DNA of 64,000 nt from contig JBJYWI010000013.1 of the NCBI GenBank assembly GCA_046259385.1, positions 7,529 to 71,528 of the forward strand, given 5' to 3'. Origin of the DNA: Anaerolineales bacterium. Lineage in GTDB: Bacteria > Chloroflexota > Anaerolineae > Anaerolineales > UBA4823. Of this stretch, positions 9,654 to 19,070 are shown piece by piece. The notes under the pieces are model-generated. The model did no database searches, had not been told where the DNA came from, and saw only the letters and a program-made list of their open reading frames with translations. Made by a program: the position numbers and the translations under genes. Every line of letters begins with the position of its first letter. Position 1 is the stretch's first letter.

Positions 9654-10508
9654 CTACACATAATCTTCAATCCGTGCAATGCTCAGTTCGAGATCATTCT
9701 GCGAGTTGTTTTCCAGAATCACAACATCCCTGTAGCCCAGATTTAGCAGTTTTTGCATAAAGTTGCGGTATTCAATTTGACCCCTTCCCAACGCCAGGTG
9801 ATCAACGATCGTTCGCACTCCCCCGGATCTTTCTACCCGGGCATCATGTAGATGAATCTCGCGAATATTTTCAATATTGCGCTCTAGAAAACTGATTTCC
9901 CCGCCTCCCTGCCAGGCTAAATGACCAATATCCAAGCAAATCTGTACATCATGTTTCTTGAGGAGTGGCATTACAAAATCAAAATCCGGCGCTTCCAGCG
10001 TTTCAACGCACAAGTTAAATGGATTTATGAATTCTTTTATCTGTTCTAGAGATTTTTCAGCCTGCTCCAGAACAGCGTTCATAAACATCCGCCTGCGGAT
10101 CGATTCCTGCATGAGCTCGCTGATCTGGATTGTTGTACTTCCCCACAAGTGCAGAACCCAGTTATCTACAAGCAACGGATCAACCAGTTCGTAAGCTTGC
10201 CGTATACTCTCCACACTCGCTTGGCGGATTGTTTCGTTCAGGCTGGCGCAGTCCAGCCACATAAACGGGAGGTGGATAGTACAGGTGAAATCCAGTTCTT
10301 TTTGTAATTCGGCAACCGCCTGATAAAAATTTTTGTCAAAAACATCAGGGTAGACCATTCCCAGATCAAGAGATAGTTCAACCACATCCAGGCCATAACC
10401 CTTTACTATTTTCCTTATGGCGTCTATCCTTTTTGCGCGCATTCCTTCCGGATCGCTGGGATTAATAATCCAGCCGGCGATTGGAATCGTTGTTGTGCCA
10501 AATTTCAT
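9654..10508 (-). CDS. Sugar phosphate isomerase/epimerase family protein (xylose isomerase-like TIM barrel)
   Basis: The track ORF is 9654-10538. I prefer the ATG at 10508 (MKFGTTT...) because GGAGAGGG lies about 8 nt upstream. The pattern GLDVVELSLD...HLPFMWLD...VLHLWG...ICLDIGH...IHLHD is typical of AP-endonuclease-2/xylose-isomerase-like TIM barrels. Confidence 0.7.
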   Translation of the reverse strand: MKFGTTTIPIAGWIINPSDPEGMRAKRIDAIRKIVKGYGLDVVELSLDLGMVYPDVFDKNFYQAVAELQKELDFTCTIHLPFMWLDCASLNETIRQASVESIRQAYELVDPLLVDNWVLHLWGSTTIQISELMQESIRRRMFMNAVLEQAEKSLEQIKEFINPFNLCVETLEAPDFDFVMPLLKKHDVQICLDIGHLAWQGGGEISFLERNIENIREIHLHDARVERSGGVRTIVDHLALGRGQIEYRNFMQKLLNLGYRDVVILENNSQNDLELSIARIEDYV

Positions 10509-10634
10509 AAGCAGCCCTCTCCAGTTTATTTTCGCCATCAGCGGCGATTTTTCATTGTATCACGCACGCAATTTACGCGCTATAATCATACCGGTAGAAG
10601 GACAGGACAATTTTAGGTTATCCGGGTAAACCAC

Positions 10635-12854
10635 ATGAAACAGGTAATCCAGAATTTACGCACCGGAGAGACGGAAATTATTGATATCCCCATCCCGGTC
10701 CCCCAGAAAGGTCAAGCGCTGGTTCAGACCGCGTTTTCGCTTGTATCCGCTGGAACCGAACGCATGCTTGTCGATTTTGCAGAAAAATCCCTGCTTGGAA
10801 AGGCTCGTGCCCGACCCGACCTGGTGGAACAGATTCTGGATAAAGCCCGCCGGGAAGGGTTGTTGACGACCGTTGAAGCCGCTTTCAACCGACTCGATCA
10901 ACCCCTGCCGCTAGGTTATTCCTCTGTCGGCAGGATCGTTGAACTGGGCGAAAGAATGGAAGGATTTTATAATGGTCAGCGGGTAGCCTGCGCTGGCGGC
11001 GGCTACGCGGTACACGCCGAATATGCAGCCGTCCCCCGCAACCTACTCACTCCACTTCCTGACGGGGTTGAATTTGAATCCGCTGCGTTTACCACTCTGG
11101 GAGCGATCGCCTTGCATGGATTCCGCCTTGCCGATCTCCAGTTGGGCTCCTACTCGGCAGTTATCGGTTTGGGACTTTTAGGACTGCTTTCTGCCGGTAT
11201 CAGCCGAGCGGCAGGATGCAGGGTTGTCTGTTTTGACCTCGATCCAGAGCGTGTCAGTTTCGGAAAAAAACTCGGTTTTCAGGCGTTTATCCGGGGCAAA
11301 GCCGAAGATTTAACCTCTGGCTTCACTGGTGGAGAGGGATTTGACGCGGTGCTGATTTGCGCAGATACGACCTCCAACGACCCTGTTGAACTTGCGGGTA
11401 AGATCGCCCGTGACCGGGCCCGGATCGTTGCAGTTGGCGCGGTGGGGACGGAAATACCCCGTAAATTGTATTACCAGAAAGAGCTGTCCTTTATTAATTC
11501 GCGCTCCTACGGTCCGGGTCGATACGATCCTTCCTACGAAGAATCCGGTGTTGATTATCCTATTGGTTATATTCGCTGGACAGAAGGGCGCAACATGGCC
11601 GCTTTTGTTGAACTGCTGGATTCCGGCCGCCTGGACGTCAGACCTTTCATCACCCACCGCTTCCCGGTCGAAAATGCGCAGGATGCTTACCGGCTTATCA
11701 GCGCCAAAACAGACGAGCCTTACCTGGGAGTTTTGATCCAATACCCAGAAACCAACGCTGAAGAAATCCGGGAAGACACAACCCGAGTAATCCGCGCGCC
11801 GTCTTGTATAGAAGAGGAAACGCTCGATCGGCACACCGGGCTCGATGTGGTTAGGCTGGGTGTGCTCGGAGCCGGCAACTTCGCCTCTGCTGTAACCCTG
11901 CCTGCTCTCAAGAGAATTTCTGGGGTCGATCTGGTTGGCATCGTCTCTGCTTCAGGGCTGCGTGCCCGGCATGCTGCTGATAAATTCGGTTTTAAATATA
12001 ACGGCAGCGCAGCAGAAAGCATTATTGAAGATCCAGAGATAAACACAATCGCTGTTCTTACCCGACACGATCTGCACCACCGTCAGGTTATTGCAGCCTT
12101 GAAAGCTGGTAAGAATGTTTTCTGCGAAAAGCCGCTCGCTCTCACCGAATCCCAATTGCAGGAAATTGAGCTCCTGGTTTACGGGAACGGCACACAACAA
12201 TCTCCATCGTCTTCCCAACCGCCGATGTTAACCGTAGGTTTCAACCGGCGGTTTGCGCCTCTGGCTGGCAAAATGAAACAAATTCTTATAAACAGATCTG
12301 AGCCTGCAGCCATCACTTACCGGGTCAACGCTGGATATCTCCCTAGAGACCACTGGACGCAGGATCCAGAGATCGGAGGGGGGCGCATCATCGGAGAAGC
12401 GTGCCACTTTATTGATTTTCTGATTTTTCTTATTGGAGATTTGCCGGTCTCAGTCTTCGCGTCTGCGTTGTCGGATGGAGGCCGTTACAATCAGGATAAC
12501 AACATCCTGACCTACGAATTTCCAGACGGCTCACTTGGCAGCGTAATTTACCTCGCCAACGGCGATAAATCATTCCCAAAAGAGCGGCTGGAGGCTTTTT
12601 GCGCCGGTCAGGTTCTGGTTCTCGATGATTTCCGCTCACTGGAGATAGTTCACAATGGCAAACGCAATGTCGAACGCTCGTTGCTGAGGCAGGATAAAGG
12701 TCACCGGACGATCTGGGAGGCATTTGTCGAATCTCTCACCCACGGTAGACCGCCACCAATTCCTTATGCCGATATATTCGGCTCTACCCGGGCTACCTTT
12801 GCCGCAAAGCAGTCGCTGCAGAGCCAGCAAAAAGTCCCGATTCAGCAGGGGTAG
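10635..12854 (+). CDS. Bi-domain oxidoreductase (N-terminal MDR/alcohol-dehydrogenase-like domain plus C-terminal Gfo/Idh/MocA domain)
   Basis: 739-aa ORF. The N-terminal half is GroES-like plus a Rossmann fold (SAVIGLGLLGLLSAGISRAAGCRVVCFDLD). The C-terminal half has VRLGVLGAGNFASAVTLPALK...AGKNVFCEKPLALT, the Gfo/Idh/MocA signature. Confidence 0.8.
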   Translation: MKQVIQNLRTGETEIIDIPIPVPQKGQALVQTAFSLVSAGTERMLVDFAEKSLLGKARARPDLVEQILDKARREGLLTTVEAAFNRLDQPLPLGYSSVGRIVELGERMEGFYNGQRVACAGGGYAVHAEYAAVPRNLLTPLPDGVEFESAAFTTLGAIALHGFRLADLQLGSYSAVIGLGLLGLLSAGISRAAGCRVVCFDLDPERVSFGKKLGFQAFIRGKAEDLTSGFTGGEGFDAVLICADTTSNDPVELAGKIARDRARIVAVGAVGTEIPRKLYYQKELSFINSRSYGPGRYDPSYEESGVDYPIGYIRWTEGRNMAAFVELLDSGRLDVRPFITHRFPVENAQDAYRLISAKTDEPYLGVLIQYPETNAEEIREDTTRVIRAPSCIEEETLDRHTGLDVVRLGVLGAGNFASAVTLPALKRISGVDLVGIVSASGLRARHAADKFGFKYNGSAAESIIEDPEINTIAVLTRHDLHHRQVIAALKAGKNVFCEKPLALTESQLQEIELLVYGNGTQQSPSSSQPPMLTVGFNRRFAPLAGKMKQILINRSEPAAITYRVNAGYLPRDHWTQDPEIGGGRIIGEACHFIDFLIFLIGDLPVSVFASALSDGGRYNQDNNILTYEFPDGSLGSVIYLANGDKSFPKERLEAFCAGQVLVLDDFRSLEIVHNGKRNVERSLLRQDKGHRTIWEAFVESLTHGRPPPIPYADIFGSTRATFAAKQSLQSQQKVPIQQG

Positions 12855-12968
12855 CAAATTATTCTTCCACATCTGAGTATTTCGCTTTCTTGACCTCCAT
12901 CTCAGACCAGAAAACAGACCCCACACAGAACTCACGAAACCATTACAGTGGTGTAATTGCCAGTTAAA

Positions 12969-13751
12969 TTATGCGAGGGTTTCTAACCAATCCCTGACAG
13001 CTGCTGGCGATTTTATCCTCAGTTCTGCCTGTGATTGGCGCGCTTCCTTCGCTACTAGGATCGAAACGCCTCCATGCTGGTTTACTACCTTGAAAGCTTC
13101 TTCATCTTTGTCATCATCGCCGACATAAACGGGAAAAGCCCCTGGAAATGGATATTCTTCAAGCAAATATTCAATTGCCCCCCCTTTATTTGCAAGTATC
13201 GGGCTGATTTCAAGGAATTGGTTTCCCCCAAGAAGACGAAATTTGCCGCTGTCCATGATACCTGCCGCTTTCTTCCCTGCCGCGTCAAGCAACCAGCTGC
13301 TTTCGGTTTCAGTCGCGTATCTAGCGTGGATGGCCAGCGACCAGCCTTTATCCTCCAGGTAGAACCCATTTCTATTAAACATAAGTTGTTCCCACTCAGG
13401 CTTGATAAGATCCAGCGAGGGCCGGATTTTCTCGTAATCCAGCCTATTTATTATCTCTCCATCCGGCGTCTGTATCTCAACGCCGTATGTCCCCACCAGG
13501 ATAAATCCGGGAACCGGCGCTAATTTCCTGATGTGTTCCAGCCGCCGCCCACTAACAATTGCAGTTTGAATGGTGGCGACGGAAGCCAATCGTATCAGGA
13601 TTTTAATCAGATCCGGGTCAGGCAGAACATGGTCTGGAGTTGGAGCAAATTCTGCCAATGTGCCGTCATAATCCAGAAACAATCGAAGTTTTTTTGCCTC
13701 TTTGAGACGGTTTATATCATCCCGTGATCCAATTGATTCAAAGAAATCCAT
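12969..13751 (-). CDS. otsB: HAD-family sugar-phosphate phosphatase, trehalose-phosphatase (OtsB)-like
   Basis: 260-aa ORF. LFLDYDGTLAEFAPTPD is the OtsB-type HAD motif I, and YVGDDDKDEEAF is motif IV. Last gene of the operon, 3 nt after the GT4 gene. Confidence 0.7.
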   Translation of the reverse strand: MDFFESIGSRDDINRLKEAKKLRLFLDYDGTLAEFAPTPDHVLPDPDLIKILIRLASVATIQTAIVSGRRLEHIRKLAPVPGFILVGTYGVEIQTPDGEIINRLDYEKIRPSLDLIKPEWEQLMFNRNGFYLEDKGWSLAIHARYATETESSWLLDAAGKKAAGIMDSGKFRLLGGNQFLEISPILANKGGAIEYLLEEYPFPGAFPVYVGDDDKDEEAFKVVNQHGGVSILVAKEARQSQAELRIKSPAAVRDWLETLA

Positions 13752-13754
13752 AGT

Positions 13755-15002
13755 TTATCGATTAAGCAATGGCTCAATTTGACGTTTGAAGATCGCCTTC
13801 CAGGTGTAGTTCTGGAGCACCTGACGGCGTAAACGGGATATGGGGTTGGAATTCACCAGATTAATGATATTTTGAGCAGTTTGTTCAGCAGGTTGGTCTT
13901 TTTGAAAAATCAAAATCCGGTCTGCAGCAATCTCCACCGCAGCAGGCACACCGGTGGAGACTACCGGGATGCCCGCCAAACCCGCCTCCAGAACCGGCAT
14001 CCCGAATCCCTCCCTGTGGCTGGGCATGAACATAACATCGCTTATCCGTAGCAAATCGCCCACCACACGGCTGCTTATTAAATACCCCTGATCTGGATTA
14101 GGACCCGATTCGAACACAAATCGCATTTCATTATCCACACCCAGATTGCGCCTCAGTTCCAGCAGAGATTGGTAGTACTCCATGCTCATGCTGTCGTGCG
14201 GGTCTGGAGGGCCTGTCAATACCAGTTTGGGGGAGACAGAGGCATTTTTAATTGCTGCAGTGACCTCAAGCGCGTATTCGATATTCTTCGCCTTTGTCAC
14301 CCGCACTGGCATCAACAGGTTGATGTCGCTATCCAACATTTCCAGCCTTGATATCAGAGCATGGCTGTCCAGAGACAACCCGAGAACCTCTGTTGGGTCC
14401 ACCCCGTTGTAAATAACCTCAATTCTGTCTGTCGGGCATCCAAACAGACCTGCTAATTCGGATTGCCTGCTGGTCGACACCACAACATACTGGACTTTTG
14501 GGTGATAGGAACGGATTAAATCCCACGGGTAACCCGGATGTACCTTTGAGCCCGAACTGGGGCTTGTCCAGGTCAGATCATGGCACCAGGCGATAATTCC
14601 TTTAATTTTTTCCCCATCCAGTAAATTCACCAGCGCGGCTGTCAGCGGAAGGTTAAAGTGTTTTGTAAAAATATTGTGAACAATTAGCTTGTCAAAACCC
14701 GCCAGGACAGGAACGAGTTTTTCCTTCAAACCTTCCAGCGCCTCAAAAAATTCTTCAGGCACCTTACCGCGCTCCAGGTTTGAACTGATTTCCAGTATCA
14801 ATGGATGCTGGCTATCCAGCTCAGCAATTTTAATAAATTCAGTTTCCTTTGGGAGCGCGTTCGGGTCGCCGCGACCGGTTATCACCGCTGTTTGATATCC
14901 CAACTGAACCAGCAACCGGACATGTTCAGCAATCACTCGTTCAACCCCGCCGATTACCGGAGGCGCACTGTAATGGATTATTCCAACCCTGGCGTGTCCC
15001 AT
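13755..15002 (-). CDS. Glycosyltransferase family 4 (GT-B fold), specificity unknown
   Basis: 415-aa ORF. N-terminus VGIIHYSAPPVIGGVERVI. The C-terminal nucleotide-sugar domain carries MPSHREGFGMPVLEAGLAGIPVV (the E-x7-E region of GT4). Confidence 0.75.
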   Translation of the reverse strand: MGHARVGIIHYSAPPVIGGVERVIAEHVRLLVQLGYQTAVITGRGDPNALPKETEFIKIAELDSQHPLILEISSNLERGKVPEEFFEALEGLKEKLVPVLAGFDKLIVHNIFTKHFNLPLTAALVNLLDGEKIKGIIAWCHDLTWTSPSSGSKVHPGYPWDLIRSYHPKVQYVVVSTSRQSELAGLFGCPTDRIEVIYNGVDPTEVLGLSLDSHALISRLEMLDSDINLLMPVRVTKAKNIEYALEVTAAIKNASVSPKLVLTGPPDPHDSMSMEYYQSLLELRRNLGVDNEMRFVFESGPNPDQGYLISSRVVGDLLRISDVMFMPSHREGFGMPVLEAGLAGIPVVSTGVPAAVEIAADRILIFQKDQPAEQTAQNIINLVNSNPISRLRRQVLQNYTWKAIFKRQIEPLLNR

Positions 15003-15015
15003 ATATACTGTTAAA

Positions 15016-16503
15016 TTACAAACCTAATTCTGAAACCGCATCCAGTTGTTTGCACAACCAATCGTTGATATCCTCGCGTTCGATCAGCCAGCGCAGTTTC
15101 TCCGAGTTATTCTCCCGTTGTTCCATTGGCATCTTCAATGCCTGGTGAATCGCTTCAGCGGTCGCGTAAATGTCGCAGGGAGAGATGACGATCGCTCCGG
15201 ATTCCAGTTGCTGGCGTGCGCCGGCCCGTTCCGAGAGGATTAAAACGCCTTGATTTTGATTCACTATGGGACCTTCTTTCGCAACCAGGTTCATCCCATC
15301 CGCAATTGCATTCACAAGTAAGGCATCATATTTTTTTAGAGCCGCAACTGCTCTCGGGTAGTTTTCGCTCACAACAACCCGGACTGGCTCCCAATCAGGG
15401 CTGCCGTATTTAGCATTGACCTTGCCAGCAGCAGCCATTAATACATCTAGATAATCACGGTATTCTTCGACTTCAAGCCGGGAAGGCACCAGCAGCGCCA
15501 GGAAGGTTACTTTTTCTCGATGTTCCGGATACAGGTCAAGCATCTCTTCGAATGCCTGGAAACCGCGCACAATGTTCTTGCTGGGCTCTATCCTATCGAT
15601 ACGCAGGATCATTTTCCGCGAGCCTACCATATCATGGATCTCAGATTCGTAGTCGAAAACCTCTCTGGAGTCAGCCAGTTTTTTAATAGCGTCCACATCT
15701 ATTGATATAGGAAAATCTCGGACGTAAGTTGCATGATTTCTATACCAGATTCGCCCCCGCTTATAATTCACACTGGCTCTGGGCAGGTAGGATTCGCAGG
15801 TGCGGATGAAATTAAGCCCATCCTCATGGGTCTGAAAACCAAGCAGATCGACCGCGCATAGCCCTTCCAGAATTGCATGCCGCATTGCAGGTGGCAGAAT
15901 TCTCCAGTATTCAGGTCCCGGCCAGGGGATGTGGATGAAGTGAAGTATTGTGGGTCGGTCGCGAGCGGGCAATTTCTGGCGGATGAAATTTGCTACCAGG
16001 TAAAGATGGTAATCCTGAAGCATAACCAGCGGCAACCCGGAAATTGTGGAGAGTTGTTGAATTATCGCTTCTGCAAAAATTCGGTTGATAACCGTGTAAC
16101 CCGTATCCCAGGCTGACCAGGTCTTCTTGTTAATCACCGGAGCATGCGGGAGATCCCACATGGAATGCTGCAAAAACCACAGGAGCGGGTTTGATATCAC
16201 ATTGTAATATCCCAAATACGTCTCCTCCGGCGGTGCCAGGAAGCGTATGTTTATATGACTTCCTTCTTCTGAAAGAGGTATAGCTCCCGAACTCCATACT
16301 TTGTCCTCAGTAGTGCTGCCGCACGATATCCAGGTGGCGTCAATCTGGCTCGCCATTCCTGTAAGTGCTGTCACCAGCCCGCCAGATGCACGGTGATAGC
16401 TCAATTCGCCATTCTCATCCTTTTGGAATGTAACCGGACCGCGATTAGAAGCGATGATTATTGGTCTTCGGGATGAACTGCTTTCTTCCAGGCAATCTGT
16501 CAA
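15016..16503 (-). CDS. otsA: GT20 family glycosyl-phosphate synthase, alpha,alpha-trehalose-phosphate synthase (OtsA)-like
   Basis: 495-aa ORF. IIIASNRGPV...ASGGLVTAL; MLQDYHLYLV; FIHIPWPGPEYWRILP; DLLGFQT; ILRIDRIEPSKNI; ADGMNLVAKE. All are positions I recognise from OtsA/GgpS-type GT20 enzymes. Confidence 0.75.
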   Translation of the reverse strand: MTDCLEESSSSRRPIIIASNRGPVTFQKDENGELSYHRASGGLVTALTGMASQIDATWISCGSTTEDKVWSSGAIPLSEEGSHINIRFLAPPEETYLGYYNVISNPLLWFLQHSMWDLPHAPVINKKTWSAWDTGYTVINRIFAEAIIQQLSTISGLPLVMLQDYHLYLVANFIRQKLPARDRPTILHFIHIPWPGPEYWRILPPAMRHAILEGLCAVDLLGFQTHEDGLNFIRTCESYLPRASVNYKRGRIWYRNHATYVRDFPISIDVDAIKKLADSREVFDYESEIHDMVGSRKMILRIDRIEPSKNIVRGFQAFEEMLDLYPEHREKVTFLALLVPSRLEVEEYRDYLDVLMAAAGKVNAKYGSPDWEPVRVVVSENYPRAVAALKKYDALLVNAIADGMNLVAKEGPIVNQNQGVLILSERAGARQQLESGAIVISPCDIYATAEAIHQALKMPMEQRENNSEKLRWLIEREDINDWLCKQLDAVSELGL

Positions 16504-16528
16504 AACACCCTCCTATCTACATGCAAAA

Positions 16529-18331
16529 TTAACCATCCTCCGGATTCAACTCCCCAGTTGATTCAAGTTTCCGGCTGTGCGATATTGCCAGATCGATAAA
16601 AACTGCTGCAGTCCAACCAAATGCCTCCGCAGCCTGTGGGGTTGGTTTGCCCGTATCCGCATCATAATATTCATATATGCCCTGGTGACTCATTATCAGA
16701 TCTAAGGTTTTTTCCGTAAGCTTGTCCGCAAGGTCATTTTCTCCAACCTGGCGCAGGGCTTCAACAAAAAAGTAATTTACATTTACCCAAACCGGACCCC
16801 GCCACATAGTTCCTGGTTCGAAATGCGGGTCGTTCCGGGCTACCGATGGTATTGCTATTTCACCCCAGAATTCATCTTCATTTACTAGATGCTGTATCAG
16901 ACGCTGATTGATATTTTCGGGCAGCTGGCCTGTCCACAACGGGTACAGATTAAACGGTGTTATAACCGGAATCGGTTGGTTATTGTGGACAGCCCGAAAT
17001 ATACCGGTTTCTTCATCCCAGAAATCTTCTATCATCCGACGCACGATTGCATGTGACCTGCGGCGCCACATCTCCGCCTCCGCATCCATCCCAAGCGTTT
17101 CGGCGATTATCGCAAGCGAACCCATTTGCACACAAAGGTAAGTATTCAGGTCAGGCGATTCAACCGGCATCCCATAATCCCACAATGGATTATCATCCAA
17201 ACCGGATGAATAAGGATGATTATACTGCACCAATCCATCCACATCATCGTCGTTCATACTGAACCACCAGGCGTTCCAGCGAACAAGTGGAACATAAATC
17301 TCCTTCAGAAAATTCAGATCTGGCGCGGTCTCGTGTAGTTTTAAGGCGGCCCAGGCTAATATTGGCGGTTTTGTTACTTCTGCCAAAATCGGGTGGTCGA
17401 TTTCTGAGATCACCCCATCATCATAGACAGCATCCGGAAGCATCCCATCCGGAAGTTGAAATTCCAGCATGGCTCGTACCTGGTTCCGAGCAAGTTCCGG
17501 GTCAACATACCGGAATGCAAGTGCGTGCATAGCGCTGTCCCACAACCATAATCCTACATAATTTACCTTCGAGGGCATCATTGCTTCATAAATAATGCTG
17601 CCTTGAGGTTGGATCAGGTTGTTTGCCATCACCCACCAGGCATAGGTGAACGTTCGTAAATAACGATTTGCGACAACAGGCACCTGGTCAAACCAATCTT
17701 TCCAGCGCGACTCTGCAGATTCATATATCTTTGAAAAAGGAAGCACTTCGCTGCTTGCAGGAGATGATCCTCCGACAAAAATTGTTAAAGCACTATCTTC
17801 ACCCGATTCCAGTGCCAATTTGACTGTATAACCGCCTCTTTCAGGGATGATTTTGTTTTCAATAATCTCAGCATTCGTGTCATACAACAGGTTCCGAATA
17901 GATTTAAATTGACCGCCTGCTTCGGTGACCTTCCAGAACTGGGGTGAGACATGAAATCGCATCCGGACCGTTCTTTGCGGGGGTAATCCCAGCGCGATCG
18001 TCTGGTTATCCTTGAAACAAAGGCCAAACTCACCAACTTCTGTTTTGAGATAAATGATGTGTGGATAATTTGTCGCCGCATACTCAATCACTTCGCCTTT
18101 CTCATCCAAAAAACAAAGATCATGGATAAACGGCGGTCGTTTAAGGTATGCTTCTATATCCGGTTCGAGGGAGATTAACCTCTCAGCCAACCGGATATAT
18201 ATATTGTTTTCATCCGGTTTTATGAATACCAGCAGGCGTGAACCCCGGTCGCTGAATGGCACACGGGTATAATCAAGCTGGTTTCTCAGTAAATTCAAAC
18301 TAGGCGATGCAAGAAATTCATCCATAATCAT
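16529..18331 (-). CDS. Glycoside hydrolase with (alpha/alpha)6-barrel catalytic domain, GH63 / MGH1-like (possibly trehalase-like)
   Basis: 600-aa ORF with an N-terminal beta domain. Then VGLWLWDSAMHALAF...FQLPDGMLPD...YNHPYSSGLDDNPLWD...WRGPVWVNVNYFFVEAL, a pattern shared by GH63/GH37/GDE-type six-hairpin hydrolases. Family assignment needs an HMM search. Confidence 0.6.
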   Translation of the reverse strand: MIMDEFLASPSLNLLRNQLDYTRVPFSDRGSRLLVFIKPDENNIYIRLAERLISLEPDIEAYLKRPPFIHDLCFLDEKGEVIEYAATNYPHIIYLKTEVGEFGLCFKDNQTIALGLPPQRTVRMRFHVSPQFWKVTEAGGQFKSIRNLLYDTNAEIIENKIIPERGGYTVKLALESGEDSALTIFVGGSSPASSEVLPFSKIYESAESRWKDWFDQVPVVANRYLRTFTYAWWVMANNLIQPQGSIIYEAMMPSKVNYVGLWLWDSAMHALAFRYVDPELARNQVRAMLEFQLPDGMLPDAVYDDGVISEIDHPILAEVTKPPILAWAALKLHETAPDLNFLKEIYVPLVRWNAWWFSMNDDDVDGLVQYNHPYSSGLDDNPLWDYGMPVESPDLNTYLCVQMGSLAIIAETLGMDAEAEMWRRRSHAIVRRMIEDFWDEETGIFRAVHNNQPIPVITPFNLYPLWTGQLPENINQRLIQHLVNEDEFWGEIAIPSVARNDPHFEPGTMWRGPVWVNVNYFFVEALRQVGENDLADKLTEKTLDLIMSHQGIYEYYDADTGKPTPQAAEAFGWTAAVFIDLAISHSRKLESTGELNPEDG

Positions 18332-18344
18332 TATTATAGCAATT

Positions 18345-18788
18345 TTATGAACCTATCCGGTTACTCCCTTCCGCCAATTCCAGGCGCGTACGCGTAACCA
18401 GAACCGCCATAATCAACAACGCTAAACCGAGACTGTCAAAAACAATAAAACGCGAGAGCGAATTTTGAAGCACGCCATACCCTGAAGGCAAAGACAGATA
18501 AATTAATGTTTCGCCGAAAACTCCTATGGACTGCATAATAAGGGCTTCATAAAGTGAAATCCGGTTTTTCACCGGATCAAGCACAGCCACAAAATAAGGC
18601 ACATTCCACATCAGGAACAGCAACCCAATCCCGCGCACTGCTGTTATACCTTCAACACCGTTCAATTGAAAACCCGGCGTGTATTTTCCGGGCTGCCATA
18701 GAAACAAAACAGCTGATTGCACATTCATAATAGAAACCGCCCCGATAAGTAACCGCCCGATCCAGCTTGAAATTCTCGCTCCCTTCAT
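18345..18788 (-). CDS. Hypothetical integral membrane protein (about 4 TM), first gene of the solute operon
   Basis: 147-aa ORF with four hydrophobic segments. It ends 13 nt before the hydrolase start. I recognise no family. Confidence 0.5.
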   Translation of the reverse strand: MKGARISSWIGRLLIGAVSIMNVQSAVLFLWQPGKYTPGFQLNGVEGITAVRGIGLLFLMWNVPYFVAVLDPVKNRISLYEALIMQSIGVFGETLIYLSLPSGYGVLQNSLSRFIVFDSLGLALLIMAVLVTRTRLELAEGSNRIGS

Positions 18789-19070
18789 TGTTTAAGTTTC
18801 CTTTCGCAAGCAATTTACTAAATTGGTAATGAATGCAATTTAAACCGTTATTGGTCAAACTCAACGGCTTTCTTTTTCAACGCAAATACTTCTACCATAT
18901 CGGACACATTTTAAACGTTTTTCAGGATCCTGTTATCAGGTTTGTCAAAAAGCAACTCCTGATACAAATTGACCGGGGCTAATCTGGATGATATGATTAG
19001 GTTCGATCTGAAATAAATGGTGATGCCTGGCATTACTCGGAAATTCTCCACGTTTTTCTATTCTTGACAC

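Noticed and set aside
10555-10586. TATAAT at 10581-10586 as the promoter of the bi-domain oxidoreductase gene
   Set aside because: No acceptable -35 hexamer lies at a 16-19 nt spacing (the best, TTGTAT, is 20 nt away), and there is no extended -10 TG. The support is too weak to list as a feature.
19000-19008. GGTTCGATC word resembling a tRNA T-loop
   Set aside because: The flanking bases cannot form a T-stem (ttagg / tgaaa are not complementary). No acceptor or anticodon arms could be drawn.
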